This document shows positions 47,649 to 58,376 of a stretch of DNA of 64,000 bases, piece after piece. This stretch comes from Escherichia coli O127:H6 str. E2348/69. GTDB lineage: Bacteria > Pseudomonadota > Gammaproteobacteria > Enterobacterales > Enterobacteriaceae. The stretch lies in the NCBI RefSeq assembly GCF_000026545.1, contig NC_011601.1, one strand, 5' to 3'. Each line of letters opens with the position of its first letter. The stretch's first letter is position 1. A program made the translations under genes and the position numbers. The notes beneath the pieces are model-generated. The model saw nothing but the letters and a program-made list of their open reading frames with translations, had not been told where the DNA came from and did no database searches.

Positions 47649-48899
47649 CTACGCTAAACCAATAAAGAATCCTGCAATAGTAGCACTCATCAGGTTAGAA
47701 AGTGTCGCCGCCGCCAGCGCGCGTAAACCAAGTTGGGCGATTTCCGGCGCACGGTGTGGCGCAACCGCAGAAAACGCCCCCACCACCACCCCGATAGAAC
47801 CAAAGTTAGCGAAACCGCACAACGCGAAAGAAATAATCGCCACGGTTTTAGCATCCAGAGTGCCACCCGTTTGCAGATATGGCGAGAAATTGAGATAAGC
47901 GACAAATTCATTGATCGCCAGCTTCTGCCCAATCAAACTCCCGGCAAGATTTGCATCACTCCAGTCAACCCCCATCACCCACGCCAATGGGGCCAACAGG
48001 TAACCTAAAATCGACTCCAGCGAAGCATGTTCAAAACCAAACCAGCCGCCAACACCGCCGATAATACCGTTAATCAACGCAATTATTGCAACAAATGCCA
48101 TCACCACTGTCGCCACACCTGCGGCGATTTTCAGCCCGGTCATTGCCCCTGTTGCAGCGGCTTCAATAATGCTCTTTGGCGGTGTTTCGGTGAAAGAGAG
48201 GTTATTAAAGGAAACCTGCGAAGATTCCGTAGCCGGGCTTAACAGGCGGGCAAACAAGATCCCACCGGGAATCGCCATTAACGATGCCGCCAGCAGATAT
48301 TCCACAGGCACGCCCAGTGCGGCGTAACCAATCATTGTCGAACCAGCAATCGAGGCCATACCGCTGCAAATCGCTGTAAATAATTCATTGCGATTCAGCC
48401 GATCGATAAAGGGTTTGACGATTGCCGGAATTTCGTTTTGCCCGAGGAAAATGGTAGTGACCGCGACGAATGACTCGATCTTGCTGATATTTAATGCTTT
48501 CTGGAAGATACCGCCGAGAATTCGAATTAAGATCCCCATCACACCGATGTAGTAGAGAATACTCACCAGCGCGGTGACGAAGATAATTGCCGGTAACACC
48601 CTGAAACCAAAGATAAATCCTGCGCCATCAAATAAGGTATCCATTTTCGGTCCGACCAGAGAACCGAAAATAAATGCGCTACCCGCGTCGCTGTACGCCA
48701 TCACTTTATGGACGCCAAAAGCGACTTTTTCTGCGACCCAACGCCCTGGCGGTAACCAAAGCATTATGCCGCCAATCACGACCTGTAACACTAACGCCGC
48801 GCCAACGGTACGCAGGCTGATCTTCTTTTTGTTTACTGACAGCAAAAACGCAATAGCCAGTAATACCACCATTCCCAGAACACTTCTCATGACATCCAT
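47649..48899 (-). CDS. nupX: NupC-family nucleoside permease
   Basis: 416 aa; about 88% identical by eye to the PsuT ORF at 50835-52085. Confidence 0.9.
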   Translation of the reverse strand: MDVMRSVLGMVVLLAIAFLLSVNKKKISLRTVGAALVLQVVIGGIMLWLPPGRWVAEKVAFGVHKVMAYSDAGSAFIFGSLVGPKMDTLFDGAGFIFGFRVLPAIIFVTALVSILYYIGVMGILIRILGGIFQKALNISKIESFVAVTTIFLGQNEIPAIVKPFIDRLNRNELFTAICSGMASIAGSTMIGYAALGVPVEYLLAASLMAIPGGILFARLLSPATESSQVSFNNLSFTETPPKSIIEAAATGAMTGLKIAAGVATVVMAFVAIIALINGIIGGVGGWFGFEHASLESILGYLLAPLAWVMGVDWSDANLAGSLIGQKLAINEFVAYLNFSPYLQTGGTLDAKTVAIISFALCGFANFGSIGVVVGAFSAVAPHRAPEIAQLGLRALAAATLSNLMSATIAGFFIGLA

Positions 48900-48998
48900 A
48901 GTTATTATCTCTTCATGTCATTTTGGGCGACGGCTCTCTGCCCATCATAAATAGCCGGGCCTGCATCTTGCGATACTGACCCGGCTTGTTATCAACAC

Positions 48999-49940
48999 TT
49001 AATGGGTTTTTATGTAGCCGCGTACGCACTCTTCGACTAATCCCCAGAACCAGTCGGTATCAATAGTGATGCCGACTTTGGTATTGGCGGGCTTGCCAAG
49101 AACACCCAGCTCGTCGCAGACGGTACGCCCATAGCAAGGGCCACTGTTAACGTCCACTTCGACGTACATTTCCTGGGTTTTAATGCCATCAGGGTTAATC
49201 AAATAACCGATGCAGGTGGCGTCGTGCACCGGGCCGCCAGCCAGGCCGTAGTTTTCGAACTGCGTTTTGAGAGTGAAGTTCATGATGTCGCTGAACAGCT
49301 CTCCGGCAGGGCCGCCAGCCCTTTCCATCCGAGCAATCACATCCGGGGTGCAAACGGTCTGGTTGGTAAGATCGAGGCCCATCATCACTAATGGAACGCC
49401 GGAGGTGAACACCACACGTGCGGCCTCCGGGTCAGCAAAGATGTTGAACTCAGCAGATGGGGTGAAGTTGCCAGTACCATAAGCACCGCCCATCAGAACA
49501 ATTTCACGGATTTTCGGCAGGATCGCGGGTTGCATACGCATTGCCACCGCGATGTTTGACAACGGACCAACCGGCACCAGAGTGATATCGCCATCGCTTG
49601 CCATAAGGGTATCGATGATATATTTCACCGCATGAGTGTTTTCTGCCTGGCGGGTCAGCGGCTCGAATACCGGGCCATCCAGTCCGGTTTCACCGTGAAT
49701 ATTATCGGCAACAATTTGTTGACGCATAATGGGCTGCGGCATCCCCGCATAAACCGGAACATTAATCTCCAGTTTCTGGCAAACATTCAGGCCATTAATT
49801 AATGTTTTATCGAGGGTTTGATTACCCGCTACAATGGTGATACCTAATAAATCAATCGCCGGATGTTTCGCCGCCATCATTATAGCAATAGCATCATCAT
49901 GACCCGGATCACAATCCAGAATAATTTTTCTCTTTTCCAT
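48999..49940 (-). CDS. rihB: Pyrimidine-specific ribonucleoside hydrolase (IU-NH family)
   Basis: 313 aa; N-terminal DCDPGHDD aspartate motif. Confidence 0.9.
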
Positions 49941-50108
49941 TGTTTATTTCCTCTGTTTCCAGTTGCGTTATTGTTTCTACAGCAAAGAAAATTCGATCGG
50001 GCCGATGATTGAATCTTAACAACAGCGTACGTATGCTAAATATGAGAAATCTCATAGCGGATAAACATCGTGAAAGAAATCCACAATAATGATCTTAAGC
50101 AGCAATTG

Positions 50109-50768
50109 ATGAGTGAATCTGCGTTTAAGGATTGCTTTTCAACGGATGTTTCAGCCGATACGCGGCTGTTTCATTTTTTAGCGCGTGACTACATTGTGCA
50201 GGAAGGGCAACAGCCGTCCTGGCTGTTTTACCTGACGCGAGGCCGCGCCAGGCTTTACGTCACGCTTGCTAATGGTCGCGTGTCGCTGATCGATTTCTTT
50301 GCCGCGCCCTGTTTTATTGGCGAGATTGAGTTAATCGACAAAGACCATGAACCGCGTGCAGTGCAGGCTATTGAAGAGTGTTGGTGCCTTGCGCTCCCTA
50401 TGAAGCATTACCGCCCGTTGTTATTAAACGACACGCTATTTTTACGAAAACTCTGCGTCACCTTAAGTCATAAAAATTATCGTAATATTGTTTCTTTAAC
50501 TCAGAATCAATCATTTCCGTTAGTGAATCGCCTGGCAGCTTTTATATTACTCTCGCAGGAAGGTGATCTTTATCACGAAAAGCATACGCAAGCGGCAGAG
50601 TATTTAGGCGTCTCTTATCGTCATCTTTTATATGTTCTCGCGCAATTCATTAATGACGGTTTATTAATTAAAAGCAAGAAAGGGTATCTCATTAAAAACA
50701 GAAAGCAGTTGTCAGGACTGGCGCTGGAGATGGACCCGGAGAATAAATTCTCCGGGATGATGCAGTAA
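50109..50768 (+). CDS. yeiL: CRP/FNR-family transcriptional regulator
   Basis: 219 aa from [10 protein letters not shown]; cNMP-binding-like fold followed by a C-terminal helix-turn-helix. Confidence 0.8.
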   Translation: MSESAFKDCFSTDVSADTRLFHFLARDYIVQEGQQPSWLFYLTRGRARLYVTLANGRVSLIDFFAAPCFIGEIELIDKDHEPRAVQAIEECWCLALPMKHYRPLLLNDTLFLRKLCVTLSHKNYRNIVSLTQNQSFPLVNRLAAFILLSQEGDLYHEKHTQAAEYLGVSYRHLLYVLAQFINDGLLIKSKKGYLIKNRKQLSGLALEMDPENKFSGMMQ

Positions 50769-50788
50769 AAATTATTGGCAATAGTGCG

Positions 50789-50828
50789 ATTGCCGGATGC
50801 AACGCTTAATAAGGTGTACATCCGGCAA
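50789..50828. repeat. REP-like palindrome between convergent yeiL and psuT
   Basis: TTGCCGGATGCAACGCTTAATAAGGTGTACATCCGGCAA is a degenerate REP. Confidence 0.6.
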
Positions 50829-50834
50829 TGAAAC

Positions 50835-52085
50835 TCAAGCTAAACCAATAAAGAACCCGGCAATGGTCGCGCTCATCAGGTTAGAAAGTGTCGCCGCCGC
50901 CAGCGCCCGTAAACCAAGCTGGGCGATTTCCGGCGCACGTTTTGGCGAAATAGCCGAAAACGCCCCAACGACAACACCGATAGAACCAAAGTTAGCAAAA
51001 CCACACAGCGCAAAGGAGATGATCGCCACGGTTTTCACTTCCAGCGTGCCGCCCGTTTGCAGATATGGCGAAAAACTCAGGTAAGCGACAAATTCGTTAA
51101 TCGCCAGTTTCTGCCCAATCAAACTTCCGGCAAGATTTGCATCACTCCAGTCCACCCCCATAATCCATGCCAACGGGGCCAGCACATAGCCGAAAATGCT
51201 TTCCAGAGAGACATTGGCAAAACCAAACCAGCCGCCAACTCCACCAATAATGCCGTTGATCAGCGCAATGATCGCCACAAATGCCATTACCACCGTCGCC
51301 ACACCGGCGGCGATTTTCAGCCCGGTCATTGCACCGTTCGCCGCAGCTTCAATAATGCTTTTTGGCGGTGTTTCGCTAAACGACAGATTTTCAAATGTCA
51401 CCTGCGAAGGCTCGGTGGCTGGGCTAAGAATACGTGCAAACAAAATACCACCAGGGATCGCCATCAGCGATGCCGCTAACAGGTAGTCAATTGGTACGCC
51501 CATTCCGGCATAACCAATCATCATCGAACCGGCAATGGACGCCATCCCGCTACAAATTGCCGTAAATAGCTCGTTGCGATTCATGCGATCGATAAACGGT
51601 TTAACGATCGCCGGGATCTCATTTTGCCCGAGGAAAATAGTGGTAACCGCAACAAAAGATTCGATTTTGCTGATGTTGAGGGCTTTCTGAAAAATACTAC
51701 CAAGAATGCGGATTAGCAGCCCCATCACGCCAATGTAGTACAGCAGGCTGATGAGCGCGGTAACGAAAATAATCGCCGGGAGTACGCGAAAGGCGAAGAT
51801 AAAGCCCGCACCGTCAAACAGAACATCCATTTTGGGACCGACCAGCGAACCAAAAATAAAGGCACTTCCTGCGTCACTGTAGGACATCACTTTATGGACG
51901 CCTAATGCCGCCTGCTCTACTGCCCATTTTCCCGGGGGAAAATAGAGCATGATGCCACCAATGGCAATTTGCAGCAGCAGCGCAGCCCCAACCGTGCGCA
52001 AGCTGATGCTCTTTTTATTTACCGACAACACAAAGGCAATTGCCAGCAATACCACCATCCCCACAACACTTCTCATTATATCCAT
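50835..52085 (-). CDS. psuT: NupC-family pseudouridine/nucleoside transporter
   Basis: 416 aa; paralogue of nupX. Confidence 0.9.
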   Translation of the reverse strand: MDIMRSVVGMVVLLAIAFVLSVNKKSISLRTVGAALLLQIAIGGIMLYFPPGKWAVEQAALGVHKVMSYSDAGSAFIFGSLVGPKMDVLFDGAGFIFAFRVLPAIIFVTALISLLYYIGVMGLLIRILGSIFQKALNISKIESFVAVTTIFLGQNEIPAIVKPFIDRMNRNELFTAICSGMASIAGSMMIGYAGMGVPIDYLLAASLMAIPGGILFARILSPATEPSQVTFENLSFSETPPKSIIEAAANGAMTGLKIAAGVATVVMAFVAIIALINGIIGGVGGWFGFANVSLESIFGYVLAPLAWIMGVDWSDANLAGSLIGQKLAINEFVAYLSFSPYLQTGGTLEVKTVAIISFALCGFANFGSIGVVVGAFSAISPKRAPEIAQLGLRALAAATLSNLMSATIAGFFIGLA

Positions 52086-52178
52086 AATGATTTTCCCTTC
52101 ATGCCAGTAAACCCGGCGTCAGCGCCAGGTTTTGGTATGTTTGATGAGTACGGGCGACGGCTTTCTGCCCACCAGAAA

Positions 52179-53117
52179 TTAACCCACGAGACGCTGATAT
52201 TCTTTGGCAATTTCGCTCGCCAGAATGGCGTTATTAAAGACCAGTTGAATATTGGATTTCAGGCTATCACCGCCGGTTAGCTCCGCAACACGCGCCAGCA
52301 GGAACGGTGTACTCTCTTTCCCAATAACACCCTGTTCTTCGGCTTCAGCAACGGCTTGATCAATTGCTGCATTGATGGTTTCTTCTGGCATCGCAAACTG
52401 TTCCGGGATCGGGTTCGCTACCACCAGGCCGCCGTTCAAACCGGTTTGCCACTTCACTGCCATCGCGCGAGCAATTTCGCGGGCACTGTCAAGACGAATG
52501 CTGACTTCAAATGGGCTGGTTCGGCAGAAAAACGCAGGCAGCGCTTTTGTCTGATAACCAATTAACGGTACACCGAAGGTTTCTAAATATTCTGTTGTTA
52601 ATCCTAAATCGAGAATAGATTTTGCCCCCGCACAAACAACAGTGACATTGGTATTTGCCAGTTCCTGTAAATCGGCAGAAATATCGAAGGTATGTTCCGC
52701 TCCGCGATGCACACCACCAATACCTCCGGTTGCAAAAACTTTAATCCCAGCCAGTGCTGCAATAATCATGGTTGATGCAACGGTAGTCGCGCCATTTTTC
52801 CCTGCAGCAACGACAAAAGGTAAATCACGACGACTAACTTTCGTCACGTTATGTCCTTCACGGCCCAGCAATTCGATTTCTTCTTTACTTAAGCCCACTT
52901 TCATCACACCGCCAATAATGGCGATAGTGGCTGGTACTGCGCCCTGTTTACGAATTGTTTCTTCTACTTCAATTGCGGTTTGGGCATTTTGTGGGAATGG
53001 CATTCCGTGAGAAATTATGGTCGATTCCAGCGCAACAACCGGTTTTTTATTTTTTAAAGCATCCTGTACTTCAGCGGATATTTGTAATAATTCAGGGGAC
53101 AGAGTTAATTCAGACAT
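52179..53117 (-). CDS. psuG: Pseudouridine-5'-phosphate glycosidase
   Basis: 312 aa; start overlaps the psuK 3' end by 13 nt. Confidence 0.9.
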   Translation of the reverse strand: MSELTLSPELLQISAEVQDALKNKKPVVALESTIISHGMPFPQNAQTAIEVEETIRKQGAVPATIAIIGGVMKVGLSKEEIELLGREGHNVTKVSRRDLPFVVAAGKNGATTVASTMIIAALAGIKVFATGGIGGVHRGAEHTFDISADLQELANTNVTVVCAGAKSILDLGLTTEYLETFGVPLIGYQTKALPAFFCRTSPFEVSIRLDSAREIARAMAVKWQTGLNGGLVVANPIPEQFAMPEETINAAIDQAVAEAEEQGVIGKESTPFLLARVAELTGGDSLKSNIQLVFNNAILASEIAKEYQRLVG

Positions 53118-54046
53118 TCTGTGTTCTCCACTAACGATGTAACATTGGCAATTGATAATTCAGGGTTGTTGGTATATTCACAGGCAAGTGCCATTGACGA
53201 ACATCCCTGCGCAAATCGAACAGAATCGATAAACGGCATACCGTCTACCCAACAGGAGGCCAGCCCCGCCATCATGGCGTCGCCTGCCCCAGTAACATTG
53301 ATGACATTCGTTTTAATAGGGGCCGACCACCCACTTTCACCGTTGATATCACTGTAGTAAACGCCATCCCCTCCCATGCTCAGCACCAGGCGGTTCAGGC
53401 CGTGTTGATGAAACCAGGCGGCGACCTTTGCGACATCTTCACGTCCGGAAAGTGCAATTCCGCTCAACGTTTCGGCTTCAAGACGGTTAGGTTTTAACGT
53501 ATGGATTTTGCTCAGATGATCGCGGATTTTGACGCATTTCCATGCCGATACCGGATCAATAAATACAGGCGTTTCCCCGCTATTTTCCAGAACCCAGACC
53601 AGCGCCTCTTCACTAAGGTTGCAATCCGCGACAATAACCTTTGCACCGCGAATAAACTCCTGATGCTGGGCAAGAAATTCTGCAGAAATACAGTCACTAA
53701 TACTCATATCATTTATCGCGACAAGCATTTCTCCTGTATTATCGAGCAGTGATAAATAGCTGGATGTATTCTCACCCGGAACAATTAAGCATTTATCGAC
53801 ATAAACACCGGATTGATTAGTTTGCGCCAGTAATGATTGCCCATAAAAATCACCACCTACTGCACTTAAAAGCCAGGCATTTTTCCCCAGTAACGCCAGA
53901 TTATGAGCGATATTCCTTCCCACGCCACCTGGGGTAAATTTAATTTTTCCGGGATTCGAATCCGCATAATTCAATGGATGATGTGAATACCCAGCCACAT
54001 CAATATTCGCCGAGCCAATAATTACTATGTAGTCCTTTTCGCGCAT
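53105..54046 (-). CDS. psuK: Pseudouridine kinase (PfkB family)
   Basis: 313 aa from MREKDYIVIIGSANID; PfkB motif GGVGRNIAHNLALLG; the track ORF has a 38-codon in-frame upstream extension. Confidence 0.85.
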   Translation of the reverse strand: MREKDYIVIIGSANIDVAGYSHHPLNYADSNPGKIKFTPGGVGRNIAHNLALLGKNAWLLSAVGGDFYGQSLLAQTNQSGVYVDKCLIVPGENTSSYLSLLDNTGEMLVAINDMSISDCISAEFLAQHQEFIRGAKVIVADCNLSEEALVWVLENSGETPVFIDPVSAWKCVKIRDHLSKIHTLKPNRLEAETLSGIALSGREDVAKVAAWFHQHGLNRLVLSMGGDGVYYSDINGESGWSAPIKTNVINVTGAGDAMMAGLASCWVDGMPFIDSVRFAQGCSSMALACEYTNNPELSIANVTSLVENTECLN

Positions 54047-54345
54047 AGCACGCCCCCTGGCAATAAATTGCCAACGAAGAAATTGGGTAAAATAGTCATT
54101 ACAGTCAATAAGACTATTAGAGCACGTGTTCAGATTTAAACACATGTTCATAATAAGCATGTTTAACGTAATGTAAATCGATCAGAAAAAACGAAATCGG
54201 CCAGATATGAAGGCGGTCACAAAATTTGTCTATTTATGCAGCAACAAAAGAGAAAGTTGTGATGTGTAACACACAATATGGCAGGCAAGAAAAAGGGCAG
54301 AGATGTTTCTGCCCTCAGATTGTTGACAATGCGCGCTTTGTTCAT

Positions 54346-54444
54346 GCTGGATGTGGCGTAAACGCCTTATCCGACCTACAAAAGCGCAAAAATTCAATAT
54401 ATTGCAGGGTTCATGTAGGTCTGATAAGCATAGCGCATCAGGCA
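54346..54444. repeat. REP pair between psuK and fruA
   Basis: GCTGGATGTGGCGTAAACGCCTTATCCGACCTAC and GTAGGTCTGATAAGCATAGCGCATCAGGCA. Confidence 0.8.
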
Positions 54445-54501
54445 ATTTTGCGTTTGTCATCATCGGGGCAGAGATGTCTCAGCCCCGATGATGAAGAGAA
54501 A

Positions 54502-56193
54502 TTATGCGTTTTTTTCTACTATTTGTGTTTCCGGGCGTTTGAGGAAGGCATAGGCCAAACCCGCCACCAGCGTACCGGCAATAATTGCTACCAGGTAACC
54601 CAATACCGGCGTAATAGCGCCAGGGATCAGCAGAACAAACAGACCACCGTGTGGTGCCATCAGTTTCGCACCAATCGCCATTGAAATTGCGCCAGTCAGC
54701 GCCCCACCAACGATACAGCACGGTAGCACACGCATCGGATCACGAGCAGCAAACGGAATTGCACCTTCCGAAATAAAGCACAGACCAAGTACCAGAGCGG
54801 CTTTGCCACCTTCCTGCTGCGCTTTGTCGAATTTGCGACGCGCCACCATTGTTGCCAGACCCATTGCCAGCGGTGGCACCATACCTGCCGCCATAATCGC
54901 CGCCATCGGGCCATAGGTTTGAGTACTCAGCAGACCCACACCGAATGCGTACGCTGCTTTGTTTACCGGACCGCCCATGTCAGTACACATCATGCCACCG
55001 AGGATCGCCCCCAGCAGAACCGCATTCGCAGTCCCCATGGTCTGCAGCCAGTGAGTCAACCCATCGAGAATGCCAGCAACCGGTTTACCGATTAGGTAGA
55101 TCATCGCCAGACCGACCACCAGACTGGAAATTAGCGGAATGATCAGGATCGGTTTCAGTGCCTCCATACTCTGTGGCAGTTTCAGTTGCGTACTGATTAA
55201 CTTCGCAATGTAACCCGCCAGGAAGCCCGCAATAATACCACCAATGAAGCCAGAACCGGTGCTAACCGCCAGCATACCGCCAATCAGACCCGGCGTGAGA
55301 CCCGGACGATCGGCAATGGAGAAGGCAATATAACCTGCCAGTACCGGCACCATCAGCGCAAAGGCTGAACCACCACCAATCTGCATCAGCGCCGCTGCCA
55401 ACGTACCCGGCTCTTTAAACGCTTCGATACCAAAAGCAAAAGAAAGCGCGATACACAGACCACCTGCAACAACCATCGGCAGCATGTAAGAGACGCCCGT
55501 CAGCAAGTGACGGTAAGCACCTGCACTCTCTTTCTTACCTTCAGTGGTCGCTGTTTGAGTTTTGCCCGCCGGTTCATACGGCGTTGCTTCAGCAACCGCT
55601 TTATCCAGTTCCTGCGCAGTTTTCTTCAGCGCCAGACCGGTAGAGGTGCGATACATCGGTTTACCAGCAAATTTCGCCAGATCCACTTCGATATCTGCCG
55701 CCACAATCACCAGATCCGCTGCTGCGACTTCTTCAGGGGTGATTGCATTGCCCGCGCCAACAGAACCACGGGTTTCAACTTTCACCCACCAGCCACGTTT
55801 TTTCGCTTCGGTTTCAATGGCTTCAGCCGCCATAAAGGTGTGTGCTACGCCAGTCGGGCAAGCAGTCACCGCAACTACGCGTTTCGGACCGCTGGCAGCA
55901 ACCGGTGCTGTCGCAGCGACCGGCGCAGTGTAAGGTTTCGCATGGCCTTTGGCTTCACTCAGGAACAACTCAGGGTGCGCAACTGCCCGGGAAATATCAC
56001 CCAGCCAGACATTTTTACCGTTCAGCGCGCTGTCATTCGGGATGGAATCACCGAGAACAATCGCCATTTCTGCGTCGTTCGGATTGTCGATGATTTCCAG
56101 TTTTGCTTTTCGCGCCGCCGCGCCCAGCAGGGTCTTCGCCATATAGGCGCGTGCCTGACCGAGATTAGCGTCAATAATCAGCAGCGTTTTCAT
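54502..56193 (-). CDS. fruA: Fructose-specific PTS EIIB'BC component
   Basis: 563 aa; soluble B domains followed by a large hydrophobic C domain. Confidence 0.92.
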   Translation of the reverse strand: MKTLLIIDANLGQARAYMAKTLLGAAARKAKLEIIDNPNDAEMAIVLGDSIPNDSALNGKNVWLGDISRAVAHPELFLSEAKGHAKPYTAPVAATAPVAASGPKRVVAVTACPTGVAHTFMAAEAIETEAKKRGWWVKVETRGSVGAGNAITPEEVAAADLVIVAADIEVDLAKFAGKPMYRTSTGLALKKTAQELDKAVAEATPYEPAGKTQTATTEGKKESAGAYRHLLTGVSYMLPMVVAGGLCIALSFAFGIEAFKEPGTLAAALMQIGGGSAFALMVPVLAGYIAFSIADRPGLTPGLIGGMLAVSTGSGFIGGIIAGFLAGYIAKLISTQLKLPQSMEALKPILIIPLISSLVVGLAMIYLIGKPVAGILDGLTHWLQTMGTANAVLLGAILGGMMCTDMGGPVNKAAYAFGVGLLSTQTYGPMAAIMAAGMVPPLAMGLATMVARRKFDKAQQEGGKAALVLGLCFISEGAIPFAARDPMRVLPCCIVGGALTGAISMAIGAKLMAPHGGLFVLLIPGAITPVLGYLVAIIAGTLVAGLAYAFLKRPETQIVEKNA

Positions 56194-56209
56194 TATGCCT
56201 CTCCTGCTG

Positions 56210-57148
56210 TCAGTTAAAAGGTTGTAAGTCGACGCGCGCCATCATTGCGGCCAACTGCGGACGATCGGTAATACCCACATTGCTTTGACTTACCGCCAGG
56301 GCTGCAACAGCTGTCGCCAGACGCAGTGTGTGTTCACTGGATTCACGCATCAGCAAGCCATAAATCAGGCCACCAACCATAGAATCCCCTGCGCCAACGG
56401 TGCTTACGACATCGACTGACGGTGGTTTGGCGATCCATTCGCCGGAGGCATTAACCCAAAGCGCGCCTTCGGCACCCAGTGAAATAACAACATGCGCGAT
56501 GCCTTGTTCACGCAGCGCATGCGCAGCTTCAATCACATCTTTCATTTCAGGCAGTTTACGGCCTGCCCAGATTTCCAGCTCGCGGCGGTTAGGTTTCACC
56601 AGCCACGGTGCCGCTTTCAAACCTGCTACTAACGCTTCACGGCTACTATCAAAGATAATGCAAGGACACTGACTACGCAGGCGAGTCATCCAGTCGGTGA
56701 ACGCTTCCGGGCTGACGCCTGACGGTAAGCTTCCGCTGACACAGACCATATCGAACTGACCGAGCCAGCTCAGAGAATCAGTCACAAAGCGTTCCCAGTC
56801 GGCGGGGGTGACTTCAAAACCCGAGAAGTTGAAGTCGGTCACTTCGCCGTCTTTTTCCGTCAGCTTAACGTTAATTCGGGTGCGCCCCTGTACAACCTGG
56901 AAACGGTTGGCAATGCCCAGCTCGCTGAACAGTTGCTGAAAACCATCCTGATTGTCTTTACCCATGAAGCCGCCAACGGTGACATCAATTCCCAGGTCTT
57001 TTAATACTTTGGCCACGTTGATGCCTTTACCCGCCGCATGCAGACCGGTGGTTTTCACCAGGTTCACTTCGCCGCGTTCAATTTCCGGGCAGAAACCAAC
57101 AAGGTCATAAGCCGGATTAAGGGTGATAGTAGCAACACGTCTGCTCAT
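56210..57148 (-). CDS. fruK: 1-phosphofructokinase
   Basis: 312 aa PfkB-family kinase; start overlaps the fruB stop. Confidence 0.92.
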   Translation of the reverse strand: MSRRVATITLNPAYDLVGFCPEIERGEVNLVKTTGLHAAGKGINVAKVLKDLGIDVTVGGFMGKDNQDGFQQLFSELGIANRFQVVQGRTRINVKLTEKDGEVTDFNFSGFEVTPADWERFVTDSLSWLGQFDMVCVSGSLPSGVSPEAFTDWMTRLRSQCPCIIFDSSREALVAGLKAAPWLVKPNRRELEIWAGRKLPEMKDVIEAAHALREQGIAHVVISLGAEGALWVNASGEWIAKPPSVDVVSTVGAGDSMVGGLIYGLLMRESSEHTLRLATAVAALAVSQSNVGITDRPQLAAMMARVDLQPFN

Positions 57149-58278
57149 TATGCGCCCTCCCCAAGACCAGCAGCGATAGCGTCGCCAATGGCTTTCAGCG
57201 CCTGTTCAGCATCTGCACCCTGGGCGGTAAAGCGTAGGCGATGACCTTTCTTAACGCCAAGTGCCACAACTTTCATCAGACTACGTCCGTTTGCCGGTTT
57301 GCCGGTGCCATCAAGGTTTGTCACGGTAATATCACTGTTAAATTGTTTAATGGTATTGACCAGCATGGTACCTGGACGAGCATGCAGGCCGTGTTCATTG
57401 CGCACCACAAACTCCGCGCTTAACACGTCGTCGGTCGGCGCATCATCGCTGGTCAGCAGCGCCAGCAACGTTGCCGCATCCGCTTTCAGCAAGCGGTCAG
57501 CTTTATTATCGAGCAACAAATCAGCGAGACGCTTAAGAACCGCGATGGGCTGATCGTCATTCATCGCCACACTCACCAGCATGGCTGCCGTTTCGCCGTC
57601 CACATCAAAAGCATTTGCCGCACGGCTTACCGCAATCGCGCTACGCAGATTGCCTTCGGCGCTATCGCTCAGCCAGATACCCTGCCCGAGGTTCAGCGGT
57701 TGTTCATTGATGGCTTTGGTGACGAAAGTGGCGTCAACTGCCCCCGCTTCTTTCAGACGCGCAGCGTTCAGCGCCTGAAGAGTCAGCAGATCGCTGGCGA
57801 CGATATCCAGCGTCAGCATTTCGTTGTCGAGCTTCAGCTGCTCACTCTGCTTTTCGCCCATCAGCAATGCGCGAAGTTCTTCTGCTGTTGTTGCTGACTT
57901 CAGTTGTTCAGCAACGGAATCATCGCTCAGTACGTGGGTCAGCTGGCGTAGCAGGCCCAGATGTTCATCCGAGCTGGCAGCAATACCGATCGCCACGTAC
58001 GCTACCTGGCCGTCACCCCAGGTGACGCCTTCCGGGAACTGAAATACCTGAACGCCGGTTTTCAGCACCTGATCGCGGGTGTCGGTAGTGCCGTGTGGAA
58101 TAGCAATACCATTGCCGAGGAACGTTGAGGTTTGCTGTTCGCGCGCCAGCATGCCATTGACGTAGCCTTCAGCTACATTACCGGCCTGCACCAGCGCCGC
58201 AGCGACCTGGCGAATCGCCTCTTCTTTGTCTCCGGCCTTTTCGCCCGGATGGATGTCCTGTACGGATAACTGGAACAT
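57148..58278 (-). CDS. fruB: Fructose-specific PTS EIIA / FPr multiphosphoryl transfer protein
   Basis: 376 aa; recognised as the fused EIIA-FPr protein. Confidence 0.92.
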
Positions 58279-58292
58279 AGTTCTCCTCTCTT

Positions 58293-58376
58293 GCTGAATT
58301 GAAACGATTCAGCTTCTATGAGAAAAAAGCGCCAACCTGGCTTAGGGTTAAAGACAAGATCGCGCTGAAACGTTTC
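58293..58376. promoter_or_regulatory. Two Cra (FruR)-type operators in the fruBKA promoter region
   Basis: GCTGAATTGAAACGATTCAGC at 58293-58313 and the perfect palindrome TGAAACGTTTCA at 58365-58376, both matching the Cra consensus TGAAWCGNTTCA. Confidence 0.7.

Noticed and set aside
47649-52085. Recent tandem duplication or assembly artefact suggested by the near-identical nupX and psuT
   Set aside because: The flanking genes differ (rihB versus psuG, yeiI on the opposite strand) and the two copies carry many substitutions, so this is an old paralogy rather than a recent duplication or misassembly.
55507-56217. 236-aa plus-strand ORF inside fruA
   Set aside because: Antisense to fruA with an Arg/Phe/Cys-rich translation and no start context.
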